Made by a program: the position numbers and the translations under genes. From an uncultured virus (IMG/VR IMGVR_UViG_3300020379_000824) (lineage: Duplodnaviria; Heunggongvirae; Uroviricota; Caudoviricetes), in IMG/VR virus record IMGVR_UViG_3300020379_000824, positions 1 to 64,000 of that record: DNA of 64,000 nucleotides. One strand, written 5' to 3'. Shown piece after piece: positions 46,294 to 55,876 of the stretch (within the stretch, counting starts at the first letter, position 1; each line of letters opens with the position of its first letter). A model generated the notes under the pieces. That model saw only the letters and a list, made by a program, of their open reading frames with translations. It was not told the DNA's origin and did not search any database.

Positions 46294-46920
46294 TTAACGC
46301 TTAAATCCAAGCATATCTTTAACATTCTGCACTTCGTCTTTTATCTCTTGACGAACAAATTCTGCAGGAAGTCCTAATGCTGGTTTCGTATCCCATTTTA
46401 AATGTGAATATGGTCCATCGGCTTCTACGTACTGTAGAAACGCTTGTACTACTTTGTTACCCTCATACGGGTTTCTCCAGTGTTCGTGCCTACGTCCACT
46501 GTATATAACAATATCACCAACATCTAAATTAATCTCGTGTTCAACACCATCTTCATTTTTAATGTATATTGGCCAATTGTATTCTGGTTCTTTTGATATT
46601 GCAACTGATACCGATACTTCAGAGCTAGGTCTGTCAAAGTGTTTTTTAAGTTGCGATCCTTTATAATATATCCTAGCATAAGAGTACACTGGTACCAACT
46701 CATGACCCCATTCTTTTGCAACCAAAGGATTTAGTTTTACCATCAATGTTTCAAACATCAAGGGAGCGTATCTCGCAAAAGTGTTTTCTTCAAGGTCAGA
46801 TAAGTCGGCACCAGCATACAATACTTTACAAACTTCTTCCATCAGTTCGTACTCTAATGCAAGAAATTCGCAGAGTTCTGTTGATACTGCGCCTCGTATA
46901 ATTTTGTAATCTTCTATCAT
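46294..46920 (-). CDS. 2OG-Fe(II) oxygenase-like protein
   Basis: YSYARIY, HFD, GDIVIYSG...EHWR, QAFLQY. Confidence 0.8.
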   Translation of the reverse strand: MIEDYKIIRGAVSTELCEFLALEYELMEEVCKVLYAGADLSDLEENTFARYAPLMFETLMVKLNPLVAKEWGHELVPVYSYARIYYKGSQLKKHFDRPSSEVSVSVAISKEPEYNWPIYIKNEDGVEHEINLDVGDIVIYSGRRHEHWRNPYEGNKVVQAFLQYVEADGPYSHLKWDTKPALGLPAEFVRQEIKDEVQNVKDMLGFKR

Positions 46921-47474
46921 AGTAATGGCATTAACCCCATATTACCAAAAGGTCTTTCTTCATAATTTCTAATAAAAGAATTATTTGGTATTGAATGTAC
47001 ATCAAACCCTATTGTTGTTCTATAACCTTCATATGGTTCTAGTACTTTAACTTCGTGTTCAGCATGTCCTGGTCCTAAATATATTTGACCTGGCTTGTTA
47101 TCAATAGTCCAATTATCAAATATAGTTTGTGTACTTTTAGGATCAATGCTAATATATCCGTGCCAATCAAATTCATGTCCGTGTCGTGTTAAGCATTCAT
47201 CTGGTCTATGATAGTTTAACCATGCTTGTATCCACAGTGGTCGATCATCACCTATATTACTTCTTACAAATGTTCCAAGCTCTTTATATATGTTATAAAA
47301 AATAGTGCTAGGTGCAGTTAGTGCAAACACATTGTACAAATTATATGACCATGTGCTGTCATTATTATCAGAAAATATTTTCTTAAAAACACCATGTGCG
47401 TTATCTAAATGATCAAAAATCTGAGTCTTATTCTCGATTATATATTGACTTTGGTGTAAGTAGTATTCGCTCAT
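46917..47474 (-). CDS. 2OG-Fe(II) oxygenase-like protein
   Basis: AWLN, HGH, HGYISI, HEV, RTTIGFD. Confidence 0.7.
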   Translation of the reverse strand: MSEYYLHQSQYIIENKTQIFDHLDNAHGVFKKIFSDNNDSTWSYNLYNVFALTAPSTIFYNIYKELGTFVRSNIGDDRPLWIQAWLNYHRPDECLTRHGHEFDWHGYISIDPKSTQTIFDNWTIDNKPGQIYLGPGHAEHEVKVLEPYEGYRTTIGFDVHSIPNNSFIRNYEERPFGNMGLMPLL

Positions 47475-48082
47475 CCTAGTTGAACCCTATCTAAATTAAT
47501 GTTAATAACAGATCTATATGCAGAATCTTTACAATAACTGCTAGTATGATAATACTTTCCTGGGAATACAACTACTCTACCTTGTTTAGGTGTAACACGT
47601 TCTTTAATTGTAAACTTGTTCTCTTTGATACGCATAATATCATCAGTACCAGGATCATAAGTATCATTTGTTTCATTAAAAATAATAGTATCACCGTCAC
47701 AATCGTTTACATAATAAATTGCATTCCAATGTTCAAAGAAGCTGTCTATGTGCGGCATATGGTATTCTAACGTGCTTGTTTTGTTAGGTAGGGTCAAGTT
47801 AGCTCTCATGCGTATTAACCTGTTATACGGCGTCTTAGACGCACTAGTAATGCTTAAAACAAGCGGATATACAAAATTAAAGTGTTGACTTACTGCTTGT
47901 TGTTTTTCGTAAAAAAAGTGATTAAAACCTGCATGATTGCTTTCGCCTTGTAGTTCTGCATCAGGAGAAACCATGTTCTGATTAAAGACCCAACCAAATT
48001 CCCAACCAGTTAATAATGTTCTAATATGGTCTGAATAATCTTTAGGAATTACATCATCAAGTATTAAAATATCATTTGTCAT
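47471..48082 (-). CDS. 2OG-Fe(II) oxygenase
   Basis: PHID, IYYVNDCDGDT, PKQGRVVVFPG..YH, RSVININ. Confidence 0.85.
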   Translation of the reverse strand: MTNDILILDDVIPKDYSDHIRTLLTGWEFGWVFNQNMVSPDAELQGESNHAGFNHFFYEKQQAVSQHFNFVYPLVLSITSASKTPYNRLIRMRANLTLPNKTSTLEYHMPHIDSFFEHWNAIYYVNDCDGDTIIFNETNDTYDPGTDDIMRIKENKFTIKERVTPKQGRVVVFPGKYYHTSSYCKDSAYRSVININLDRVQLG

Positions 48083-48588
48083 TGTGTTGGATACCTCTGT
48101 ACTGCTGTTCCGTAAAACGTTAACATAAGTGTATTTGGTTTGTATTTTAGAATTTTATAATGTTCTTTAGGATCCCATAGTACACATCTGTTGTAAACAT
48201 TTTCTATGTTTATTGTAGGATTATGTTTATTATCATAAAAACAAATACCAGAATCTAGTTCAGTGTTTTCTGTTAAAAATACTGTACCAGCAATATTTGC
48301 TTGTGTGCTGATTTGTTTAATTTGATCAATACATCTTTCATTCATTTTTTGATATTCGCAATGTAAGAATGTAAACATTTCTTTACCAAGCACATGTTTA
48401 ATAAGTTTACCTAGTAATCTTTCAAACATATCTATATCAAGTTCATCTAGTGTTGCTGAACGTGATCCTGGAAAAACAGAATTATCTTGGTCAACAAACT
48501 CTTGTTTATTTGCATGATGCTCTACTAGCCAAGGCTGCTCAAAGAAGTTGTCAATAACTTTTACAGGTTGTGTAATATTTCTAATCAT
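48079..48588 (-). CDS. degenerate 2OG-Fe(II) oxygenase-like paralog
   Basis: VIDNFF..P, PG.R, AGTVFL, NVYNR..W...H shared with the neighbour, but no HxD. Confidence 0.6.
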   Translation of the reverse strand: MIRNITQPVKVIDNFFEQPWLVEHHANKQEFVDQDNSVFPGSRSATLDELDIDMFERLLGKLIKHVLGKEMFTFLHCEYQKMNERCIDQIKQISTQANIAGTVFLTENTELDSGICFYDNKHNPTINIENVYNRCVLWDPKEHYKILKYKPNTLMLTFYGTAVQRYPTQ

Positions 48589-49292
48589 ATTGCCCTCGCA
48601 AAAAATACTTGTGTAAGCCTTGAGTCTTTAATAGTATTACCATAAAAGTGTTCAGGACTATGCCAAAGCCTAGTATCAAAAATAATAGCTCTGTTATATA
48701 CACTTTCCATTGTTACTGTTTTTTTAAATTCTGCAACTTGTGCTTCGCGTATTTGATTAAATTCTTCTTTTTCTTTTGCTGGAACATCTAATACATCTTG
48801 CATAAACACTTCTGCATATTTGCCACCATCAAAATCCATATCTTCGTATATTACTGTTCCTGTTCCTTGAGGTGCTTCTTTGTTTAAGTATACAACTCCT
48901 GCTACATTTAATTTAGGATCATCGTCATGTACCCAGCCACGTGTGTATGATTCTGGTGTACTATGAAACGCTGTTTGTATTTCGTCAAACCCTGTATAAC
49001 CATAATCTTTAAGATATACTAGTAATTTTTTACTAAAAAAGTCTAAACTTTTTTGATCAAATTCATGAAACAGTTTAGTTCTTACACCTGGCCAACTTCC
49101 TCTATCACCTTTAAAGTATTCTAAACTAAGTGCATATTCTCTTACTTGATCAGGCTCTTCATAAAAATTATCAACTACCATAGTAGGTAGGTAAGGATAT
49201 GTAAATCTATCCTTTAGATTTTGAGAAACAATACGAGAACTAGATTGTTTGTCACGCTCTAGTAATTCATTTATATACTGCTCTTTATCCAT
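48585..49292 (-). CDS. 2OG-Fe(II) oxygenase (DUF6445-like)
   Basis: VVDNFY..P, WPGVR, WVHDD, AGVVYL, YNRAIIFD..WHS, RLTQVFF. Confidence 0.8.
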   Translation of the reverse strand: MDKEQYINELLERDKQSSSRIVSQNLKDRFTYPYLPTMVVDNFYEEPDQVREYALSLEYFKGDRGSWPGVRTKLFHEFDQKSLDFFSKKLLVYLKDYGYTGFDEIQTAFHSTPESYTRGWVHDDDPKLNVAGVVYLNKEAPQGTGTVIYEDMDFDGGKYAEVFMQDVLDVPAKEKEEFNQIREAQVAEFKKTVTMESVYNRAIIFDTRLWHSPEHFYGNTIKDSRLTQVFFARAI

Positions 49293-49866
49293 CTATTTGT
49301 CTCGCTGTAAAGTTCATAGTCATTACAATCCTTTTTGTAAACATCTTAGGACATGTACTTGCATGATAGTGTCTTCCGTTGAATACTAATACTTTACCTT
49401 GATGTGGCATACTTTTATGCATAGGCTTGTATTTTTCTGCCTCTTCTGTTTCGTGAAATACAACAGTTTCACCATCACACTCATTAACATAGTAACATGC
49501 AGTATAATGATCTACTTCAAAATCTACATGCGGTGTGTTATGTTGATATCTTACATGCGGCATCATATACTTTGTATTAAGTAAAAAGCCTAAGCGCATA
49601 CGTAACAGTTGGTCTAGTTCTAAACCTGCTTTTGCACAAGTATTCTGTAACAACGGAGTAAAAAATTCTAATCCTGGATTTTCTTTATTGTTAGGATGAT
49701 ATACTAGATTTGCAAAACTAGGTGTAGATGTATTAAGAGTATCCTTCTTTTCAAATGTTGTATCTTCCATAAAATGCCAATCAAAAGTGATATCAGTCAC
49801 TACATCAAATATTTGTTTTTGGTAATCTTTTTCAATTACATTTTCTATTTCAATCGGTTTAAACAT
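49285..49866 (-). CDS. 2OG-Fe(II) oxygenase
   Basis: PHVD, YYVNECDGET, FNG.HYHAS, RIVMTMN; paralog of 47471..48082. Confidence 0.85.
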   Translation of the reverse strand: MFKPIEIENVIEKDYQKQIFDVVTDITFDWHFMEDTTFEKKDTLNTSTPSFANLVYHPNNKENPGLEFFTPLLQNTCAKAGLELDQLLRMRLGFLLNTKYMMPHVRYQHNTPHVDFEVDHYTACYYVNECDGETVVFHETEEAEKYKPMHKSMPHQGKVLVFNGRHYHASTCPKMFTKRIVMTMNFTARQIDG

Positions 49867-50578
49867 TGTTGATCCTATAATAATTTCTATCTACTGCATT
49901 TTCCATTGGCTCTGTTGGCAGTTTCTGCCAGCATGGAATACTTAGAGATATTCGTTTGCCTTTAGGATATGCACAATGATACTGTCTTGAGGGGATATAT
50001 AATGCATCTCCCGGTTCTAATTCTACGTCAATATCTACTTCCATGTCTTTATCTTGTAACTTACCATTCATTAATCCTGTTCTATGCATGTAAGAAATTT
50101 TATTTTTATACACTTTCCATCTAGTTTTTCCTTCTGCTTGAATAATAAAATTACAAGGATAATCATCATGTATTGTAAAAGACTTAGAATCTTTTAGCCC
50201 ACAATACACATGTATTGCAGCATGTATACTAAACATATTTTCAAATACGTTTAAAAAATCCATTGTTTTTTGATTATGAAATCCGTAATCTAAACAGATT
50301 AATCCGTAACCAGCATTTACTTTATCAAATATAAAACCTTTATCTTGCACACCTCTATCATAAATCCAATTTTTTCTACTAACAGGTATTTCAATTTTAC
50401 TGCTATCTGGACTTATAAGTTCAAAGTTATAACGTTCTGTTTTATTTGTGTGCTGTTCAATATCTTGCCAAGTAACCAATTCGCTAGGATTGTCAAGCAA
50501 CTTCTTAAAGAAGTGTGGCTTATCTTCAAACGCTAAGTTTGTTTCGCTAAGTATTCTTCTGCTGAAGTCGTTCATCAT
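49859..50578 (-). CDS. JmjC/cupin_4-type oxygenase
   Basis: SFTIHDD, NFIIQAEGKTRWKV, LEPGDALYIP...H, RISLS. Confidence 0.85.
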   Translation of the reverse strand: MMNDFSRRILSETNLAFEDKPHFFKKLLDNPSELVTWQDIEQHTNKTERYNFELISPDSSKIEIPVSRKNWIYDRGVQDKGFIFDKVNAGYGLICLDYGFHNQKTMDFLNVFENMFSIHAAIHVYCGLKDSKSFTIHDDYPCNFIIQAEGKTRWKVYKNKISYMHRTGLMNGKLQDKDMEVDIDVELEPGDALYIPSRQYHCAYPKGKRISLSIPCWQKLPTEPMENAVDRNYYRINNV

Positions 50579-51173
50579 CTGTCCTTATTAATTTAACATT
50601 AAAAGATACACTTACTCTATCTTCTTCTGTTGTATTTCTTTCAACACCATGCGGTAACCAACCCGGAAACAATATTAATTTACTTGATACTGGTTCATAA
50701 GCAATTGCTGCTGCACTAATAGGTGTATAGTTTTTCATTGGTGCTGCTGATGCAATAATAAAATCTTGCATATGATTTTTGTAAACATTTAAATTACCCT
50801 GTCCTGGCTTTGCACTTACATAGTACACACCAGATATAAAACTATTATCGTGTATATGTACTGAATTAGTATTACCTTGCCTGTTAATATTAAACCAAAA
50901 GTTTTCCATTATAGGATAACAATATTCTTCGTAATAACCGTAATCTCTAATACACTGATTTACTTGTTGCATAATTGCATCGTGTAATGGTTTCATTGAA
51001 TCGTATGCATCAGGCCTAAAATCTTTTGATTGCCAGCCTCCTTGATTACTTAGTACTCTTCCATTGTCATCTTCTTTGTGCAGTTGATAACAAAGTTTTA
51101 GCATGTCTGTATTGTCTAGTTCTGTTTGCTCCCACCAAACTGGAGTAGGAAAGAACATATCCATATTCATCAT
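50547..51173 (-). CDS. putative 2OG-Fe(II) oxygenase (TIGR02466-like)
   Basis: FPTP, SNQGGWQS, WFNIN, HIH, ISGVYYV, FPGWLPH, RVSVSFN. Confidence 0.88.
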   Translation of the reverse strand: MMNMDMFFPTPVWWEQTELDNTDMLKLCYQLHKEDDNGRVLSNQGGWQSKDFRPDAYDSMKPLHDAIMQQVNQCIRDYGYYEEYCYPIMENFWFNINRQGNTNSVHIHDNSFISGVYYVSAKPGQGNLNVYKNHMQDFIIASAAPMKNYTPISAAAIAYEPVSSKLILFPGWLPHGVERNTTEEDRVSVSFNVKLIRTDDERLQQKNT

Positions 51174-51973
51174 AACCTTAACTCCAAGTCGCCCATTCTA
51201 ACTTCAGGAGGAAAATCATCTGAAAATGCAAATGTATGACTCCATCTAAAATCTACGTTAGATGAAATAACTGCTGCATGACTAATATCTGCTCTATACA
51301 TTGTCATTTTGCCTTCTACTGATGGCGCTGATCCCATATACTTAAATCCCCATTGTGCTAATTCTTCGTCTGACATATTGAACCAAGCATCTGCTCTTTG
51401 TGGTTTATCTGCAATTTGTGACCAACGCTCATACATAGGATGATCTTTATCTGTTTGAAAATCGTATAGACTATCTTTTACAGTTCCTTCGTACTTGTAA
51501 AGTTTTGTACAAGAATCTACTAAGTCGTGTCCTGTAAACCATAAATTACCTACTAAACCTTTAGGATAATCAACATGCGGAATTCGCCAGCAACTAATAG
51601 GTTTAGCTCTTTCTTTATAATATACATTACCCCATTCATGTATTTGCGGATCAAACATATTGCTTTCTACATTTTTTAAATAAAAATCACGCAATAAGAA
51701 ACATATATTTTTATATGTCCAGTCTGGTAAATGTATTGTATCAAATGGATTAGGATCTAAATTACCTTCTGCATTGTTATCTTTTACAATAGGAAAAGAC
51801 TTTACTAAGCCTTTAAAAAAATTAAAGCCGTCATCATAAAAAGGATTATCAGCAATCCAATATCCAATACCTTCACCTAAGTCAAAGTACTCGGCTTTAA
51901 AGTCCTCTAAGGACTTTACCTTTATAACACTATCGATAGTGTTTGCATCTGGATAACAAATTTTAAAGTCCAT
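51170..51973 (-). CDS. 2OG-Fe(II) oxygenase-like protein
   Basis: IPHVD, distal SH, FRWSH. Confidence 0.65.
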   Translation of the reverse strand: MDFKICYPDANTIDSVIKVKSLEDFKAEYFDLGEGIGYWIADNPFYDDGFNFFKGLVKSFPIVKDNNAEGNLDPNPFDTIHLPDWTYKNICFLLRDFYLKNVESNMFDPQIHEWGNVYYKERAKPISCWRIPHVDYPKGLVGNLWFTGHDLVDSCTKLYKYEGTVKDSLYDFQTDKDHPMYERWSQIADKPQRADAWFNMSDEELAQWGFKYMGSAPSVEGKMTMYRADISHAAVISSNVDFRWSHTFAFSDDFPPEVRMGDLELRL

Positions 51974-52581
51974 TATTTAATATTAATAGTCATTACAATT
52001 CTTTCTTGGTCTGTTTTGTTTTCTGTAACAAAGTGTTTTAACCAACTAGGAAAAATAATAACATCTCCTGTTTTACATTGCACTTCTTGCAATGTTTGTG
52101 TTTCGTTTACTATAGGAAAGTTTGTGAAGTGATATTCTAAAGGATTTCTAAAAACAATATTGCCGCTATCGGGTGGGCATTTGATATAGCAACTTGCTAC
52201 AAACGTACTATAGTTGTGACAATGCTCTTCAGTATATCCTGTCTTGTAATGTCTATTAAACCAAGAACCGATAACCGATGACTGTCTTTCGTAAAAATTT
52301 AATTCTTCTTTTATTCCTGTTAACTTAGTGCCTAGCCAATGGTGAAATTCAGCAAGTTCTTCCCAAGTGTGGGGCTGCTGTCTTTCAGGCAAAGTTACAG
52401 TAGATAGGGCGGCGCCTTTTTCTAAACTAGAATTTCTCTCAACTGAATCAAAAACTTCTTCTATTGATTGTTCTATTTCGTCATATGGAAAGTTATAACT
52501 GTATTTCCAAATTGTAGGCGGAAAGAGGTGTATGCCTCCCTCATTAGTCGGACTTACCATGTTCTTCCTCATAGGTTTCAA
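51973..52581 (-). CDS. putative 2OG-Fe(II) oxygenase (TIGR02466-like)
   Basis: WFN, HCH, YIK.P..SGNI.F, FPSWLKH, RIVMTIN. Confidence 0.85.
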   Translation of the reverse strand: MKPMRKNMVSPTNEGGIHLFPPTIWKYSYNFPYDEIEQSIEEVFDSVERNSSLEKGAALSTVTLPERQQPHTWEELAEFHHWLGTKLTGIKEELNFYERQSSVIGSWFNRHYKTGYTEEHCHNYSTFVASCYIKCPPDSGNIVFRNPLEYHFTNFPIVNETQTLQEVQCKTGDVIIFPSWLKHFVTENKTDQERIVMTINIK

Positions 52582-52816
52582 TCGCTAAATCTAAACCCAT
52601 AAGTGTGCCTTCCATCTTTAGAACATCAGTTGAAAGTTCTTGTCTCTTTGCAAAGTCAATAGAAGTAATACCATACGGATTTAATTTTAAATCAGCAAAT
52701 TCTTCTTCTAATTTGGCAAGTTCTTCGTTGCTTTTAGTCATGTCAGCTTGAAGTTGAGCTTTTACAGCTTCCAACTTAGTGACAACATTTCTATTTTTTT
52801 CTGTCATTGTAATCAT
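52544..52816 (-). CDS. small coiled-coil protein
   Basis: 90 aa, heptad-like, coupled within the oxygenase operon. Confidence 0.65.
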   Translation of the reverse strand: MITMTEKNRNVVTKLEAVKAQLQADMTKSNEELAKLEEEFADLKLNPYGITSIDFAKRQELSTDVLKMEGTLMGLDLAIETYEEEHGKSD

Positions 52817-53622
52817 CCTTTGTGTTTATACTTAGTTAAGACTGCCTTTGCCCTTTTTAATCTTGATGCTAAAGTGTCTTTATCTAGCAACGAGCAGTTT
52901 GCAGCATAATTATATGCTTTTTCTCTCTGTATGTCAACTTCAGTTGGGTGTGATGCAACTGAATAATCGTACGCACTATAATTCAGTTCACTTCTTTTAA
53001 TAGGAATGTACTGAGCTAATGGTGTTCCTGCTCTAATTAATGTTTCTCCTTCTAAAACATTCCAGAACAGTTGTAAGTTTATTACGTGTGATTGCATTGG
53101 ATCTAGTATACCATGTGCTGATGTAAACCTAGGCTCATTAGCATATGTAAGTGGTAATTGTAACAATACAATATCGTCTGAAGCTTCAACTCTCCAAGGA
53201 GTTTCTACTTTTACTGTTGTCCTTAATGTGTTTTCAACATCATCAAGCACAGGTACAGTTTGACTTTCAGTATGCATCATAATATATGATTCAGTACCTG
53301 GCATTTCTTTGTCAAACTTAATCGGTTCGCGCCATTCAAAACTAACACCGTCACCATTTGTTCTAATAATAAAGTCTGCTGGTGCTGGTACTATCCATCC
53401 TGTCATAGCAACTTTTCGTATTCCAGGACACTTAGCAACGTTAGCTTCTAGTCTTTCAACTTGCGGAGGGGGTTGATTTTTTGTAAAGTTTCTTGGTAAT
53501 TTAGATGCTTGAAAAATAGGATAAACATCTGCAACTCCAGGATACAGACTATAGAACCGCAAGTGTGGCTTTTGCTTATTAAAAAACTTTTTAATCAAGC
53601 TCGTAATCATCTTTCCCGCCAT
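52813..53622 (-). CDS. hypothetical protein of the oxygenase island (KCPG motif, beta-rich)
   Basis: KCPGI...GWIVP, TPW, GILD, IRAGTPLAQYIP. Confidence 0.65.
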   Translation of the reverse strand: MAGKMITSLIKKFFNKQKPHLRFYSLYPGVADVYPIFQASKLPRNFTKNQPPPQVERLEANVAKCPGIRKVAMTGWIVPAPADFIIRTNGDGVSFEWREPIKFDKEMPGTESYIMMHTESQTVPVLDDVENTLRTTVKVETPWRVEASDDIVLLQLPLTYANEPRFTSAHGILDPMQSHVINLQLFWNVLEGETLIRAGTPLAQYIPIKRSELNYSAYDYSVASHPTEVDIQREKAYNYAANCSLLDKDTLASRLKRAKAVLTKYKHKG

Positions 53623-55213
53623 ATATGTTTTCTTTTAAGTACTCATAATGACTAGGTAGATTCTCTAGATGATCTAATACAAAATTTTTATACTGTTGAT
53701 ACATGCGATCAACTGCACCTATTTCCTCTTGTATATCTACTTCGAATCTACGACTAGATCCTCGTAAAACTAACTCAGGTGTAGCAGTCGCTCTAATGCC
53801 CATTCCCGCTGTAATAAAACAATTTCCTGTATATGTTTCATCGTACGCATGTCCGCCTACAATGTTACCAATCATAGCAACATACTGTGAATGTTTTTGC
53901 ATTTCATCTGAATGCATAAGCGGATCATATTCATTTATTTCAGTACACCATCTCCAGTATGGAGTGTCTTCTCTCATAGAGAATGCATAGTGTTGTGATA
54001 CAAAGTCTCTAAACTTTTTAACATCATATTCACAAGAAAAGTTAAAGCCTTCTCGTTCAGTTCTAGTTACATGGCCGTCTCTTGTGTTTAATATATCAAC
54101 TAGTTTAATAATATTTTCGTGTGTAGTTAACAGTCCTGTTGATTCTAATGGCTCAACAAATCCGTAACTAAGTCCTACACCTACTACATTACCTTTCCAT
54201 GCTCTATGTCTATAACCATGTTTAATTTTAACTTCAAACATTTCTGCTGCTTCAGCAATTTCTGGTGTATGTGCTTCTGCAAGATGTTTTCTAAACTCTA
54301 CTTGAGCTTTTTCTGGTGTTGTAAACCTTGATGAGTAAACATAGCCTGTACCAATTCTATTCCATAAAGGAATGTTCCATACCCAACCATTACCAAGTGC
54401 ATGGCAATCAGTTACGTTGTGCATTTGTTTTTCTCTATCAGTATAAGGTAATCTACATGCCCATGCTCTATCATTTGCTAAGTGTTTTTCAAAGTTCATA
54501 AAGTGTGAACCCATCCAACCTTCTAGCATAATAGATGCAAAACCTGTACAATCAATATACAAGTCACTGTTTAACTTAGTTCCGTCTGCACATAATACTT
54601 GTGTAACGTAACTGTTTGTATTGTCTTTCATATGGGAATGTACTTCGCCATACATATGTTTTACACCGTTAGGAATAGCAATTTTATCTTTTAAGTATTG
54701 ACCAAATGCTGCTGCATCTAAATGATATGCAGTATCCCAATCAAAATTAAAGTTTCTTAAAACACCATCTTCGTTTTTAGTTTGCTTGTTTTGTTCAGCA
54801 AGTAATGTATTACCTGTACAAAAGAATCTTGCAAATTCTTCTGGAGTATATTGTTCAGGTTTTAGTGCTGCTAACTGTCTCCAGTTTTCCATGCCACCTG
54901 GCTTATCAGTATAATCGAATCCATCACTAAACGGATATTGAAATACTTCGCCTTTATTTTCTCTAAAGTTTGTAAATTGAATTGAGTTTTTATATGTTGC
55001 GTTACATGCTGGCATCCAATCTTCATCTTTAAGATCAAGCATTTGAAGATATCTATTAATATGTCCTAATGTACTTTCACCTACGCCAACTGTGCCAATT
55101 GTTTTAGATTCAATTAATGTAATATCTAAGTGTGGGCAACATTTAGAAAGTGCTGCTGCTGTCATCCAACCGGAAGAGCCGCCTCCAACAATTGTTACTG
55201 TTTTAATTTTCAT
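53591..55213 (-). CDS. flavin-dependent halogenase-family protein 4
   Basis: GGGSSG, VGVGEST, ATYK, YIDCTGF, WVWNIP, FVEPLESTG (all canonical). Confidence 0.93.
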   Translation of the reverse strand: MKIKTVTIVGGGSSGWMTAAALSKCCPHLDITLIESKTIGTVGVGESTLGHINRYLQMLDLKDEDWMPACNATYKNSIQFTNFRENKGEVFQYPFSDGFDYTDKPGGMENWRQLAALKPEQYTPEEFARFFCTGNTLLAEQNKQTKNEDGVLRNFNFDWDTAYHLDAAAFGQYLKDKIAIPNGVKHMYGEVHSHMKDNTNSYVTQVLCADGTKLNSDLYIDCTGFASIMLEGWMGSHFMNFEKHLANDRAWACRLPYTDREKQMHNVTDCHALGNGWVWNIPLWNRIGTGYVYSSRFTTPEKAQVEFRKHLAEAHTPEIAEAAEMFEVKIKHGYRHRAWKGNVVGVGLSYGFVEPLESTGLLTTHENIIKLVDILNTRDGHVTRTEREGFNFSCEYDVKKFRDFVSQHYAFSMREDTPYWRWCTEINEYDPLMHSDEMQKHSQYVAMIGNIVGGHAYDETYTGNCFITAGMGIRATATPELVLRGSSRRFEVDIQEEIGAVDRMYQQYKNFVLDHLENLPSHYEYLKENIYGGKDDYELD

Positions 55214-55280
55214 ATCTTTTCCTTTGGTGTATTTTATAATATACTACTATTATTTATCCTATGGTAGAGAGGGCAGAAAT

Positions 55281-55305
55281 AAAAAAAGGCTCCGAAGAGC
55301 CTTTT
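55281..55305 (-). terminator. rho-independent terminator with UUCG tetraloop
   Basis: AAAAGGCTC-TTCG-GAGCCTTTT-TTT. Confidence 0.9.
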
Positions 55306-55329
55306 AATATTTGGAGTATACTTACGTTT

Positions 55330-55845
55330 TTACTGGTTAATGCCTGGAACTGGATCGTTTGATTTATCAGTCCAACCGCTGTATCTTTTCCAAGCTGGTA
55401 AGTCCGAAGTGCTTGAATTACATGGCTTATTTTCGCTTGGTTCTGTAGTATTTCTTCTAACCATTGCTTCTTCTTCAGTGATTAGTTCTGGTGCTGCTGG
55501 TGCTGGAATCATTGATTTTACTGTAGAAATGTGTGATGCCCACGGTCCTGAAGCAGAAATACTTCCTGATTCTTGAACTTCGTGGAAAATCATATCTAAC
55601 TGTTCACCAACTTCACCATAAGCAACTCTACGTGCTTCTGAATCTTGTGTGTATGGGCCGTCTCTTTCTACCCAAATCATTTGCTGTTGTTGTGGGGACC
55701 ATTCTAATGTCCAATCTAAAGTGATCTCATCTGGAGCATCTACCCACTGGATTGATGCGTCAGGACCATTGTAGATTTCAAATTCTTCGCCGGGCTCTCT
55801 AATGTCTTGAACCCAACCTTGATATCCTATAAGTGCTTTTTTCAT
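55330..55845 (-). CDS. hypothetical protein, possibly a fibre assembly chaperone
   Basis: RRVAY..VGEQLDMIFH...W...I..VK...P pattern; directly downstream of the Gly-rich triad. Confidence 0.55.
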   Translation of the reverse strand: MKKALIGYQGWVQDIREPGEEFEIYNGPDASIQWVDAPDEITLDWTLEWSPQQQQMIWVERDGPYTQDSEARRVAYGEVGEQLDMIFHEVQESGSISASGPWASHISTVKSMIPAPAAPELITEEEAMVRRNTTEPSENKPCNSSTSDLPAWKRYSGWTDKSNDPVPGINQ

Positions 55846-55876
55846 GGTTTAATATACTCCTATTGTCTTTTATTTA

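Noticed and set aside
40398..52581. TET/JBP-type DNA-base hydroxylases for DNA hypermodification
   Set aside because: The motifs look like P4H, TIGR02466, JmjC and DUF6445-like families, and no DNA methylase or nucleotide-modifying partner is adjacent. This cannot be fully excluded without HMM searches.
36964..55213. A confident RiPP or secondary-metabolite gene cluster call
   Set aside because: No leader/core precursor, transporter or scaffold synthetase is recognisable, and the subtilase is in the fibre operon. Kept only as a weak alternative for the 52-aa ORF.
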